A stretch of DNA of 62,235 nucleotides, the filler included, from Chiloscyllium plagiosum (taxonomy: Eukaryota), in NCBI RefSeq assembly GCF_004010195.1. It is 4 parts of one record of this genome, joined end to end, with 100 filler letters (N's around TTAATTAATTAA, not from the genome) between each part and the next. Parts side by side here need not be neighbours in the genome. Positions count along the whole stretch, not along the records: positions 1 to 15,521 come from NC_057715.1; positions 15,622 to 26,563 come from NC_057715.1; 2 more parts are not named here. The stretch is one strand, 5' to 3'. Positions within the stretch are counted from its first letter, which is position 1; each line of letters opens with the position of its first letter. Position numbers and translations under genes: made by a program. The notes below the pieces were generated by a model, which saw nothing but the letters and a program-made list of their open reading frames with translations, was not told the DNA's origin and searched no databases. Positions 12,687 to 24,313 of the stretch are shown in pieces.

Positions 12687-15521
12687 GGGAACCCAGGGAG
12701 ATTGTGAAGAAAGAGATCAATCTGAGACTGGTACAGTTGGAAAAAGTAGCGAATCAAACACACAGGGCAGGCAGGGACAAATCAGAGAACAAGGTAGGAC
12801 TGATAAATTAAACTGCATTTACTTCAATGCAAGACCCCAGCAGAGAAGGCAAATAAACTCAGGGCACGGTTAGGAACATGGGACTGGGATATCATAGCAA
12901 TCACAAAAACGTGGCTCAGGGATGGACAGGACTGGCAGCTTAATGTTCCAGGATACAAATGCTACAGGAAGGATAGAAAGGGAGGCAAGAGAGGAGGGGG
13001 AGTGGCGTTTTTGATAAGGGATAGCATTACAGCTGTGCTGAGGGAGGATATTCCTGGAAATATATCCAGGAAAGTTATTTGGGTGGAACTGAGAAATAAC
13101 AAAGGGATGATCGCCGTATTGGGATTGTATTATAGACCCCCAAATAGTTAGAGGGAAATTGAGAAACAAATTTGTAAGGAAATATTCAATTATCTGCAAA
13201 AATAATAGAGTGGTTATAGTAGGGGATTTTAACTTTCCGAACATATTTGGGACTGCCATGGTGTTAAGGGTTTAGATGGAGAGGAATTTGTTAAGTGTAT
13301 ACAAGAAAATTTTCTGAATCAATATGTGAAGGTGCAAAACTTTACCTACTCTTGGGAAATAAGGCAGGGCAGGTGACTGAGGTGTCAGTGGGGGAGCACT
13401 TTGGGGCCAGTGACCATAATTCTATTAGTTTTAAAATAGTGATGGAAAAGGATAGACCAGATCTAAAAGTTAATGCTCTAAATTGGGGGAAGGCCAGTTT
13501 TGATGGTATTAGGCAAGAACTTTCAAAAACTGATGGGGGGCACATGCTCACGGGTAAAGGGCCGGCTGGAAAATGGGAAGCATTCAGAAATGAAATAATG
13601 AGAGACCAGAGGCAGCATATTCCTGTTAGGGTGAAAGGAAAGGATGGTAGGTGCAGGGAATGTTGGATGACGAGAAATTGAGGTTTTGGTTATGAAAAAG
13701 AAGGAAGCATATATCAGGTATAGGTAGGAGAAATTGAGTGAATCCTTAGAGTATAAAGGCAGTAGGAGTATACTTAGGGGGGAAATCAGGAGGGCAAAAA
13801 GGGGACATGAAATAGCTTTTGCAAATAGGATTATGGAGAATCCAAAGGGATTTTATAAATACATTAAGGACAAAAGGGTAACTAAGGAGAAAATAGGGTC
13901 CCTCAAAGATCAGCAAGGCAGCTTTTGTGTGGAGCTGCAGGAGATGGGGGAGAAACTAAACGAGTATTTTGCATCAATATTTATTGTGGAGAAGGACATG
14001 GAAGATATAGACTGTAGGGAAATAGATGGTGACATCCTGAAAAATGTCCATATTACAGAGGAGGAAGTGCTGGATGTCTTGAAATACATAAAAGTGGGTG
14101 AATCCCCAGGACCTGATCAGGTGTACCCTAGACTCTGTGGGAAGCTAGAGAAGTGATTGCTGGGCCCCTTGCTTAGATACTTATATCATCGATAGTCACA
14201 GCTGAGGTGCCAGAAGACTGGAGGTTGGCTAATGTGGTGCCACTATTTAAGAAGGATGGTAAGGAAAAGCCAGGAACTATAGACTGGTGAGCCTGACCTC
14301 AGTGGTGGGCAAGGTTTTGGAGGGAATCCTGAGGGACAGGCTGTACATGTATTTGGAAAGGCAAGGATTTATTAAGGATAGTCAGAATGGCTTTGTGTGT
14401 GATGATCATGTCTCAAGAACTTGATTGAGCTTTTTGAAGAAGTAACAAAGAGGATTGATGTGGGCAGAGTGGTAGATGTGATCTATATGGACTTTGGTAA
14501 GATGTTTGACAAGGTTCCTCATGGGAGACTGGTTAGCAAGGTTAGATCTCATGGAATACAGGGAGAACTAGGAGAAAGTGAGGTCTGCAGATACTGGAGA
14601 TCAGAATTGCTGGAAAAGCACAGCAGGTCAGGCAATATCCAAGGAGCAGGAGAAACGACGTTTTGGGCTGGAGCCCTTCATCAGGAATGAGGGTGAACTA
14701 GTCAATTGAATAGAGAACTGGATCAAAGGTAGAAGGCAGAGGGTGATGGTGGAGGGTTGTTTTTCAGACTGGAGGCCTGTGACCAGTGGAGTCTTGCAAG
14801 GATTGGTGCTGGGTCCATTACTTTTCATCATTTATATAAATTATTTGGATGTGAGCATAAGAGGTATAGTTAGTAAGTTTGCAGATGACACAAAAATTGG
14901 AGGTATAATGGACAGCGAAGAGAATTACCTCAGATTACAACAAGACCTTGACAAGATGGGCCAATGGGCTGAGAAGTGGCAGATGGAGTTTAATTCAGAT
15001 AAATGCGAGGTGCTGCATTTTTTGGGAAAGCAAATCTTAACAGGGCTTATACACTTAAAGGTAAGGTCCCAGGGAGTGTTGTTGAACAAGGAGACCTTGG
15101 AGTGCAGGTTCATAGTTCACTGAAAGTGGAGTCGCAGGTAGATAGGATGGTGAAGGCTGTATTTGGTATGCTTTCCTTTATTGGTTAGAGCATTCAGTAC
15201 AGGAGTTGGGAGGTCAAGGTCCCAGGGAGTGTTGTTGAACAAGGAGACCTTGGAGTGCAGGTTCATAGTTCACTGAAAGTGGAGTCGCAGGTAGATAGGA
15301 TGGTGAAGGCTGTATTTGGTATGCTTTCCTTTATTGGTTAGAGCATTCAGTACAGGAGTTGGGAGGTCATGTTGCGGCTGTACAGGACATTGGTTAGGCC
15401 ACTGTTGGAATATTGCATGCAATTCTGGTCTCCTTCCTATCGGAAAGATGTTGTGAAACTTGAAAGGGTTCAGTAAAGATTTACAAGGATGTTGCCAGCG
15501 TTGGAGGATCTGAGCTACAGG
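12687..15521 (+). pseudogene. CR1 ORF2, near full length, frameshifted (APE endonuclease + RT)
   Basis: LNCIYFNAR, GDFNFP, GEHFGASDHNSI, SPGPDQVYPR, VIYMDFGKMFDKVPH, SGVLQGLVLGPLLF, KFADDTK. Confidence 0.95.
14571..14690 (-). mobile_element. PLE hammerhead module inserted in CR1
   Basis: Flanked by AGGGAGAACTA (14560-14570) and AGGGTGAACTA (14690-14700); GGAGAAAGTGAGG...CCCTTCATCAGGAAT. Confidence 0.85.
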
Positions 15522-15621
15522 NNNNNNNNNNNNNNNNNNNNNNNNNNNNNNNNNNNNNNNNNNNNTTAATTAATTAANNNNNNNNNNNNNNNNNNNNNNN
15601 NNNNNNNNNNNNNNNNNNNNN
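15522..15621. other. Artificial scaffold spacer (44 N + TTAATTAATTAA + 44 N); same spacer at 26564-26663 and 57760-57859
   Basis: Identical 100-bp structure three times; TTAATTAATTAA gives stop codons in all six frames. Confidence 0.95.
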
Positions 15622-16392
15622 TGGGGTGGGGGCGGAGAGGTCAGGAAGAAGATTGCAGGTTAGGAAGGCGGTGCTGAGTTCGATGGATTTGACTGAGACA
15701 AGGTGGGGGGAGGGGAAATGAGGAAACTGGTGAAATCCGAGTTCATCCCTTGTGGTTGGAGGGTTCCTAGGGGGAAGATGAGGCGCTCTTCGTCCAACCG
15801 TCGTTTTGTTGTGGTCTGGCCTTTGCAGGTCTGTGAGAGAGTTGTCCTGAGCTGGGGTAGGTCGAGTTGCAGGGAATGTAGGTACCGGCGCATGGCTGCA
15901 AGCGTGGAGTGGAGGATCCGGAGGGAGGTCTGTTGCTGCAGGCTTCGGATTTGTTGTAGGTACTGGTAGTCCTGGTTGGGTCCAAGTTTTGTTGGTCGGA
16001 ACGTAGTCTGGAGTCCATGGGGGATCAGTCGGTTCCGTGGGCAGGTGCTGAGGAAGGAGATATGGCTGTGGTAGCGAGTCTGTTTGAGAATGTGGCTGAA
16101 GAGCTTCTGTGCAGTGGAGATGACCTGGGGGGGTGCAGTGAGAAAGGGACTCACTGAAATCTTTGTAGAGGGAGGAAGAGAGCTTCTTCAAGGAAGGCAT
16201 CCTTGTAAGAGGATTCGCAGTAGGTTGAAATCTTTGAGGAGAAAGTGAGGTCTGCAGATGCTGGAGATCAGAGCTGAAAATGTGTTGCTGGAAAAGCGCA
16301 GCAGGTCAGGCAGCATCCAGGGAACAGGAGAATTGACGTTTCGGGCATAAGCCCTTCTTCAGGAATGAGGAAAGTTTGTTCGGGCATAAGCC
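15622..16392 (-). mobile_element. Internally deleted Penelope-like (Neptune-type) element with 5' pLTR
   Basis: pLTR with hammerhead at ~16237-16370, then ORF 15660-16154 joining an N-terminal region to the PLE C-terminal RRLDEERLIF.LGTLQP.GMN.DFTSF. Confidence 0.8.
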
Positions 16393-16599
16393 TTGTGTGG
16401 GATATGGTAACTGTGTGAGATTTGGTTACGGTGTGAGATATGGTTACAGTGTGAGATATGGTTATTGTGTGAGACATGGTTACTGTGTATGATATGGTTA
16501 CTGTGTGAGATATGTTTCCTGAGTAAGATATGGTTACTTTGTGGAATATGGTTACAGTGTGAGATATGATTACTGTGTGGGATTTTGTTAGTGTGAGAT

Positions 16600-16635
16600 A
16601 TTCCTGAAGAAGGGCTTATGCCCGAAACGTCGATT
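16600..16635 (+). ncRNA. Minimal type I hammerhead ribozyme motif
   Basis: ATTC-CTGAAGA-A-GGGC TTAT GCCC-GAAAC-GTC-GATT: intact catalytic core, 4-bp stem II, short imperfect stem I; predicted cut after C16631. Confidence 0.75.
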
Positions 16636-16728
16636 CTTCTCTTCCCTGGATGCTGCCTGACCTGCTGCGTTTTTCCAGCAACACATTTTCAGCTCTGATC
16701 TCCAGCATCTGCAGACCTCACTTTCTCC
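16600..16728 (+). mobile_element. PLE hammerhead module inserted in the minisatellite
   Basis: TTAGTGTGAGATAT duplicated at 16588-16601 and 16729-16742. Confidence 0.85.
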
Positions 16729-19109
16729 TTAGTGTGAGATATAGTTACTGTGTGGCATTTGGTTACTGTGTGAAATATGGTTACTGTGTGGGATATGGTA
16801 CCTGTATGGGAGTTGGTTACTGTGTGAGATATAGTTTCTGTGTGGGATATAGTTACTGTGTGAGATATTGTTATTTTGTGAGATATGGTTAGCGTGTGGG
16901 ATATGGTTACTGTGTGAGATATGGTTTCGGTGTGGGGTATGGTCGCTGTGTGAAATATGGTTACTGTGTGAGATATCGTTACTGCGTGGGAAAAGGTTAC
17001 TGTGTGAGATATGGTTACTGTGGGAGATATGGTTACTGAGTGAGATATGGTTACTGTGTGGAATATGATTACCGTGTGAGATTTGGTTACTGTAAAGGAT
17101 ATGGTTACAGTGTAAGCTATGGTTATTGTGTGAGGCATGGTTTCTGTGTGAGATATGGTTACTATGTGAGATATGGTTCTTGAGTGAGATATGGTTACTT
17201 TGTAAGATATGGTTACTGTGTGGGATTTCGTTAGTGTGAGATATGGTTACTGTGTGGGATTTGGCAACTGTGTGAGATACGGTTACTGTGTGAGATGTGG
17301 TTACTGTGTGGGATATGGTTACTGAGTGGGATTTGGTTACTGTGTGAGATATGGTTACTGTGTGAAATATGGTTACTGTGTGAGATATGGTTACTGTGTG
17401 GGATATGGTTACTATATGGGATTTGGTTACTGTGTGAGATATGGTTATTGTGTGAGATATGGTAACTGTGTGGGATATGCTTATTGTGTGAGATATGTTT
17501 ACTGTGTGAGATGTGGTTTCTGTGTGGGATATGGTTATTCTGTAAGATATGGTAACTGTGAGATATGGTTACTATGTGTGATATGGTTAGTGTGTGGGAT
17601 TTGGTTAATGTGTGAGATATGGTTACCATGTGAGATATGGTTACTCTGTGGATATGGTTATTGTGCGAGATATGGTTACTGTGTGAGATATAGTTACTGT
17701 GCGAGATATGGTTACTGTGTGGGATATGGTTACTGTGTGAGATTTGGTTACTGTAAAGGTTATGGTTAAAGTGTGAGATATGGTTATTGTGTGAGACATG
17801 GTTACTGTGTGAGATATGGTTACCATGTGGGATATGGTTATAGTGTGAGATGTGGTTACTGTGTGAGATATGGTAACTGTGTGTGATATGGTTACTGTGT
17901 GTGATATGGTTCCTGTGTGGGATATGGTTACTGTGTGAGATATTGTTATATTGTGAGATATGGTTAGCTTGTGGGATATGGTTACTGTGTGAGATATGGT
18001 TACTGTGTGGGATATGGACGCTGTGTGAAATATGGTTACTGTGTGAGATATGGTTACTGTGCAGGTAAAGGTTACTGTGTGAGACATGGTTACTGTGTGA
18101 GATATGGTTACTTTGTGGGATACGGTTACAGTGTGAGATATGGTTACTGTGTGGGATTTGGCTACTGTGTGAGATATGGTTACTGTGGGAGATGTGGTTA
18201 CTGTGTGGGATATGATTACTGAGTGGGATTTGGTTACTGTATGTGATTTGGTTACAGTGTGAGATATGGTTATTGTGGGAGATATGGTTACTGTGTGAGA
18301 TATGGTAACTGTGGGATATGGTTCTTGTGTGAGATATGGTTACTGTGTGAGATATGGTTTCTGTGTGGGATATGATTATTGTGTAAGATATGGTAACTGT
18401 CTGAGTTATGGTTACTGTGTGAGATATGGTTAGTGTGTGGCATTAGGTTACTGTGTGAGATATGGTTACTGTNNNNNNNNNNNNNNNNNNNNNNNNNNNN
18501 NNNNNNNNNNNNNNNNNNNNNNNNNNNNNNNNNNNNNNNNNNNNNNNNNNNNNNNNNNNNNNNNNNNNNNNNNNNNNNNNNNNNNNNNNNNNNNNNNNNN
18601 NNNNNNNNNNNNNNNNNNNNNNNNNNNNNNNNNNNNNNNNNNNNNNNNNNNNNNNNNNNNNNNNNNNNNNNNNNNNNNNNNNNNNNNNNNNNNNNNNNNN
18701 NNNNNNNNNNNNNNNNNNNNNNNNNNNNNNNNNNNNNNNNNNNNNNNNNNNNNNNNNNNNNNNNNNNNNNNNNNNNNNNNNNNNNNNNNNNNNNNNNNNN
18801 NNNNNNNNNNNNNNNNNNNNNNNNNNNNNNNNNNNNNNNNNNNNNNNNNNNNNNNNNNNNNNNNNNNNNNNNNNNNNNNNNNNNNNNNNNNNNNNNNNNN
18901 NNNNNNNNNNNNNNNNNNNNNNNNNNNNNNNNNNNNNNNNNNNNNNNNNNNNNNNNNNNNNNNNNNNNNNNNTACTGTGTGTAATATGGTTACTGTGTGT
19001 AATATGGTTACTGTGTGAGATATGGTTACTGTGTGAGATATGGTTACTGTGTGGGATATGGTTACTGTGTGGGATATGGTTACTGTGTGAGCTATGGTTA
19101 CTGCATCAA

Positions 19110-19620
19110 TCCCCTGTAGATCTGAAGTCGCAAAGTGATCATCATGGTTGGTTGTTTAACACTGAAGGACCAGAATCACTTGTGATTTCTGAAGACCTGA
19201 GGCTGGCCTGAGGGCACAATGATTGTCATTGACTCCCTCTACAGTAATTGTGAGGAATTATGGGAATCCAGTCACTGCAGTCGAAACATCAGCTCCATGT
19301 CCTTACCTGGCCTCATCCATGTCAAAGTACACCTTAGTGCTGGTCTTGGATAGGAAGACACTGCAGAATTGGGAGATGTACTTATGGGCAGCAGACTGAG
19401 AGATCTTGAAGATATCTTTAATAGATTCTCACAGGGAATGACAACATTCGGAACGGTGGTTACCTTGATGATCAATCTGATGCATAATCATCCATTTCTC
19501 TTGGATGTAGATCTTGTTCCAGGAAGATGCAGATGTCAACAATGCCTGAACCTTCTGTGATGCTGCTGCTCTGTCATGTTGAGGCAGTATAAATACTTAT
19601 GTGATTGTTCTGAGTGTATT
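19110..19620 (-). pseudogene. Decayed PIF/Harbinger (HARBI1-like) transposase
   Basis: Minus-strand fragments in expected order: MTEQQ..RR, VDICIFLEQDL, KVTTV, DIFKISQSAAHKYISQ, AVTGFP, VFRNHK. Confidence 0.65.
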
Positions 19621-19749
19621 GCTTCAAATCGGTTGGAGCTGTGTGACCATGCATGATATCCTATGAGGCATTTGGCTGCAGAGAAGGCATCACTATTCAT
19701 GGTGTAGTGGTAGTGCCTTACCCGTGGAATAGGAGTCCTGTGCCCATTT

Positions 19750-20090
19750 AAGGAGAGGTGATGGCCTAGCGGTATTATCACTGGACTGTAATCCAAGACC
19801 CAGGTAATAGTCTGGGAGCTTGGGTTCAAATCCTGCCTTGGCAGACGGAATTTGAATTCAATAAAAATCTGGAATTCAGGGTCTAATGATGATAATGAAA
19901 CTATTATTGGTTGTTTGGAAAAACTCATCTGGTTCACTAACATCCTTTAGGGAAGTAACCTGGTCTGTCCTACACGTGACTCCAAACCCACAGCAATGTG
20001 GTTGAGTTTTAACTGCCCTCTGGATATTAGGGATGGGCAATAAATGTGACTTAGCCAGCAATGCCCACTACCCATGAACAAATAAACAAA
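19750..20090 (+). mobile_element. tRNA-derived SINE (family B) nested in another tRNA SINE (19697-20160)
   Basis: TGGCCTAGCGG A box, GGTTCAAATCC B box, tail GGGATGGGCAATAAATG; the flanks join into the SINE seen intact at 48775-48895. Confidence 0.75.
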
Positions 20091-20990
20091 AGTCCCATCT
20101 GCTCCAGAGGTATGTAATAACATCCCTGAAAGGTTAATTAGAAAAATAAGATACATTTTTAAAAAGCCTGGTGTGTAAATTGCTCCAGTGCTGGAGAGAA
20201 GGCTGGCAGTGAATCAGACACTGAAAGTAAATCATTTCCAAAGTAGTTGAAATTATTTTAAGAAGTTGGGAACAATCTTCAAAGCAGTGAGTTCTGGCTC
20301 TCAGGGAAATAAAAATCCCACAGAATAAGCTTCTCACTGCGGCTTGTAGCATGCTTTGTAATTCCTTTCTTTAAAGGTTTCTCAGCACACCAGTGTCAGT
20401 GTTCAATAGCTCCCTTTTGTACGATTGCCTGGCTGCTTTTGGTGAGATTTGTGCTCTTTGGCTGTTAAAATTAACATACTGAGTTCAAATCACTGCTTAT
20501 TGATTCTCTGGATATTTTAGGTAATTAATTGTTTGGGATTTAAAACTGGAACTAAGCAGAATCATGTTGGCTTTCCAACTCCAACCCATCCACTCCTGAG
20601 TCCCGCTCCCCTGCTTGGCTGCTACAATTCAGCCTGCCATACTGGCGCTAGCTGAATAACAGTTAACTCAGCTAATCTCACATTGCAGCAGTTATCTGTA
20701 ACCCTGAAGATTACAACACTGCCAATATATAACCAAAACATTTTAAAATGTTGTGATTGTACCTCAGTTCCAGATTTCAGCCACCTTCTACATGAAAATA
20801 AATCTCCCAGACGTCTCCATAATTCTTTGACTATCATGTTAAATCTATGCTATCTTGTTATTGACCACTCTGTTACCCTTATCAATTATTTTGTTAAGTG
20901 CATAAAGATTTCAGTCAGGTCACTCAGATCTAACCTTCCCTTAACAAATCTGTGCTGACTACTCTTGATTCAGCATTGCCTCTCTAAATG

Positions 20991-21572
20991 TTCAGGCAGC
21001 ATCCAAGGAGCAATAGAATCGACGTTTCGGGCATAAGCCCTTCTTCAGGAACGAGGAAGGTGTGCCAAGCAGGCTAAGATAAAAGGTAGGGAGAAGGGAC
21101 TTTGGGGGAGGGGCGTTGGGAATGCGATAGGTGGAAGGNNNNNNNNNNNNNNNNNNNNNNNNNNNNNNNNNNNNNNNNNNNNNNNNNNNNNNNNNNNNNN
21201 NNNNNNNNNNNNNNNNNNNNNNNNNNNNNNNNNNNNNNNNNNNNNNNNNNNNNNNNNNNNNNNNNNNNNNNNNNNNNNNNNNNNNNNNNNNNNNNNNNNN
21301 NNNNNNNNNNNNNNNNNNNNNNNNNNNNNNNNNNNNNNNNNNNNNNNNNNNNNNNNNNNNNNNNNNNNNNNNNNNNNNNNNNNNNNNNNNNNNNNNNNNN
21401 NNNNNNNNNNNNNNNNNNNNNNNNNNNNNNNNNNTCCTCATTCCTGAAGAAGGGCTTGTGCCCGAAACATTGATTCTCCTGCTCCTTGGATGCTGCCTGA
21501 CCTGCTGCGCTTTTCCAGCAACATATTTTTCAGCTTTGATCTCCAGCATCTGCAGTCCTCACTTTCTCCTTT
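20991..21572. mobile_element. Inverted PLE pLTR element spanning a gap
   Basis: 15-bp TSD TTGCCTCTCTAAATG (20976-20990, 21573-21587); hammerhead motifs on opposite strands. Confidence 0.85.
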
Positions 21573-21638
21573 TTGCCTCTCTAAATGCCAATTAATACTG
21601 TCATTCTGAGATTTGTCCACAACTGAGGTTATGCAATT

Positions 21639-22290
21639 TGTTGTAGACCAGGCTAGATCCCTTCCATATAGTTTAAGAAGTTAGCCTAGATCCTAACTTT
21701 TTCTTATTTTAAAGTTAGATGTGATGTGGATATTCCAGGTGGGATGCAGCTGGTCAAATCACTCGGCTTTATCAAGACAGTTTATTTAAACACTCCAGCT
21801 GAAACAAGAAAAATAAACAGGAGGTTAGAATAACTGAACTATTGGAAAACTTAACCAACTTTATACAGTAACTGTTACTAATTAACTATTCCAACACAGT
21901 AACATCCCATAAACACGCCCGTTGGTAAAAAGGTAAATTCAAACACAGATTCTGACAGGGAACAACTTCCAAAGAGATTTCAGAAGAAGGTCAGAGGAGT
22001 TCCTAACTGAAGATTGCAACCCCCCTGGACTCTCACATCTTGTGACTGCTGCAGCTAAACGAGAACAAACCTGAGCTGGGAAAACTGGTCACTCCCCTTC
22101 CATTGTTAAACTGACCAATCCCCTTCCATTGTTAAACTGGCCACTCCCCTTCCATTGTTAAACTGACCAATCCTCTTTCATTGTTAAACTGACCAATCCC
22201 CTTCCATTGTTAAACTAGACATCTTTGCCTGTACAACCTTTCTTAAAAAAAGACAGAATAACTTTTTTTAAAGTGACAACATTGTCACCA
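21639..22290. mobile_element. Probable solo LTR with an internal 26-bp tandem repeat
   Basis: TGTTGTA...TGTCACCA ends; TTTATTT (AATAAA on minus strand); five 26-bp units at 22082-22211. Confidence 0.45.
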
Positions 22291-23512
22291 AAATTAACTT
22301 ATAACCATGTCATTTAAGTTGACCTGGGGTTCAAGCCAACCCAATTTTCTATCTGTAAGAACATGGTTTTGTATGTACCCATCAGTGTGTCGCTGAACTC
22401 CACGTTTCAATCACAACATGAGGCTCACATCAGTCGTCATCCTCAATCTTCAACCAAATGAAGATTGGTCACAGGTACTGAATACCAGAGTGAAAGGGAT
22501 TAAGCAGTCACTACATATGGTGTTGCAAAGACACATGAATATTTCACATACACCACTCTTCGAGTCAATTACTGAATGGTGTTTTGAAATGACAGTCACT
22601 TTGACCCATTCTGGAAGCTCACTGTAAAAGTTGACCCCCGTTTGTAGACGGACTGTTCAAGGCTCCAGAAGCCAACTCATGTACAGACGTCTATGTAACT
22701 TCAAACTCCTTTTTTAAACAATGGCACAATCCTAAAGGTGTTCAGTATTTAGTACGTTAACTACTTTTGCAGATGCTCTTACTTGGACTGGTCATGGAAT
22801 GGTGGTCTCATCCCAGAAGAGCAGTCTGTCCTGGCTGCAACCTCAAGGATGCCATCATTCTTAATCGGCTTTCCCTGAGCCCAGGAGTCATTAACTGGAC
22901 TGTGATGAACTTTGTTTTAATATTACATTTTTTCTGGATGACTTTTGTCATTAATATAGGAGCAGTGATGGAGCAACTTAAAAAAAGGTTTCACTATATT
23001 TTTCATGTAAAAGCACTCGATAAACTTCTGTTCTAATATTTCGCCTTTCACCATGTTTATTCCTGTTAATATTTCCTACTCTTTCTTAGTTTGCCCTTCT
23101 GTGTCATCCTCCATTTTGTGAACACAAGTACGAAGTGTTTATTAAGAACCATGCCCCTATCTTCTACTACACTTTTGGGTTTGCCTTGATGTTACTTACT
23201 GATATTTTATGCCCTTTCATTTTTTTCTGAAATCCCTTCTATTTCCATCACTACACTTCCTATAATCTCGATGTTTTCTGCAACATTTGGCACTCAACAT
23301 GTTACAGCAATTTCCTCCCTTGCCCTAATCTTTCCTATACATTTTTGACATTCTGTTAGTCTACTTCTGTTAATTTCCAGAACCACTCCAAATCCAATTG
23401 ATTACGATGACTGAGACTCACTTATACTGAAAATAACATCCGATTCATCTGTCTTCAGTGCAGATCGATCAATGTACAATAGCACTCCAAAGCCAGGTTA
23501 TCCTCATCTCTG

Positions 23513-23657
23513 AGGAGAAAGTGAGGGCTGCAGATGCTGGAGATCAGAGCTGAAAATCTTCATTCCTGAAGAAGGGCTTATGCCCGAAACGTCGATTCTC
23601 CTGTTCCCTGGATGCTGCCTGACCTGCTGCGCTTTTCCAGCAACACATTTTCAGCTC
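23513..23657. mobile_element. Short inverted PLE hammerhead element with an intact motif at 23562-23597 (+)
   Basis: 15-bp TSD TTATCCTCATCTCTG (23498-23512, 23658-23672); ATTCCTGAAGAAGGGCTTATGCCCGAAACGTCGATT. Confidence 0.9.
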
Positions 23658-24313
23658 TTATCCTCATCTCTGCCATTCCAGTCCAGACAGCTTTCGGGAT
23701 GACAGAAGAGGAAAGTAGGCTTTGTGCATCCAGGCCCCATGAAAAGGACACTGCATGTTTTCACATATGAATGCAAACATTTTGGAATTGTGCCATTGCT
23801 CTCAGCAATCAAACGTTTTCTAGTCTTATTGTAATATCTAAATGATTCATGAGGGGAAGCAATTTTAGTTGATGAAAGATGACAGTTTCCAAGGGCACTC
23901 TTGCAGACTGACACCTATAGCCATAATGACTATTCAAATAAACTTAATAGCTCGGCCAACTTTCAGCCTTCACTTACAACACAGGCAGAAAAATATTGAA
24001 TTTGAGGTCATGCTCGGATTATTTTATCTTTTCATTATTGAACTACTTAAAACACAACAAAGGTCTAACTTTGGTGCTGGTGTTAGTTCTGGAAGTTGGC
24101 ACTCTAATTGAAACATCTAAGATGCTGAGGGGAGTGGTCAGGGCAGATGCTGAATGGATGTTTCATCTGGCAAGGAGATAAGAAATGGGGACACAAGTTA
24201 AAACAAAGACAGAGATGGTGGTGATCTTTCTCACAGCTCCTGATCTAGTAACTTCCCCAAAAACAACAAGAAAAACAGAAATTGCTAGAAAAGTCCAGTA
24301 GGTCTGGCGGCCT

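Larger units (their letters stand above)
16393..19103. repeat. 18-bp minisatellite (GTGAGATATGGTTACTGT)n, containing a gap
   Basis: Directly visible tandem array of diverged 18-mers; N gap at 18473-18971. Confidence 0.97.

Noticed and set aside
15566..15577. TTAATTAATTAA palindromes inside N runs (also 26608-26619 and 57804-57815)
   Set aside because: Identical 44N-12-44N construct with six-frame stops: an artificial scaffold linker. Adjacency across these joins is not sequence-supported.
16393..19103. CRISPR-like array
   Set aside because: Contiguous tandem units with no unique spacers, no cas genes, eukaryotic context.
16650..19211. Gly/Tyr/Cys-rich and His/Thr-rich ORFs resembling structural proteins
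   Set aside because: They are translations of an 18-bp minisatellite with frequent frameshifts and stops, a TE insertion and no gene context.
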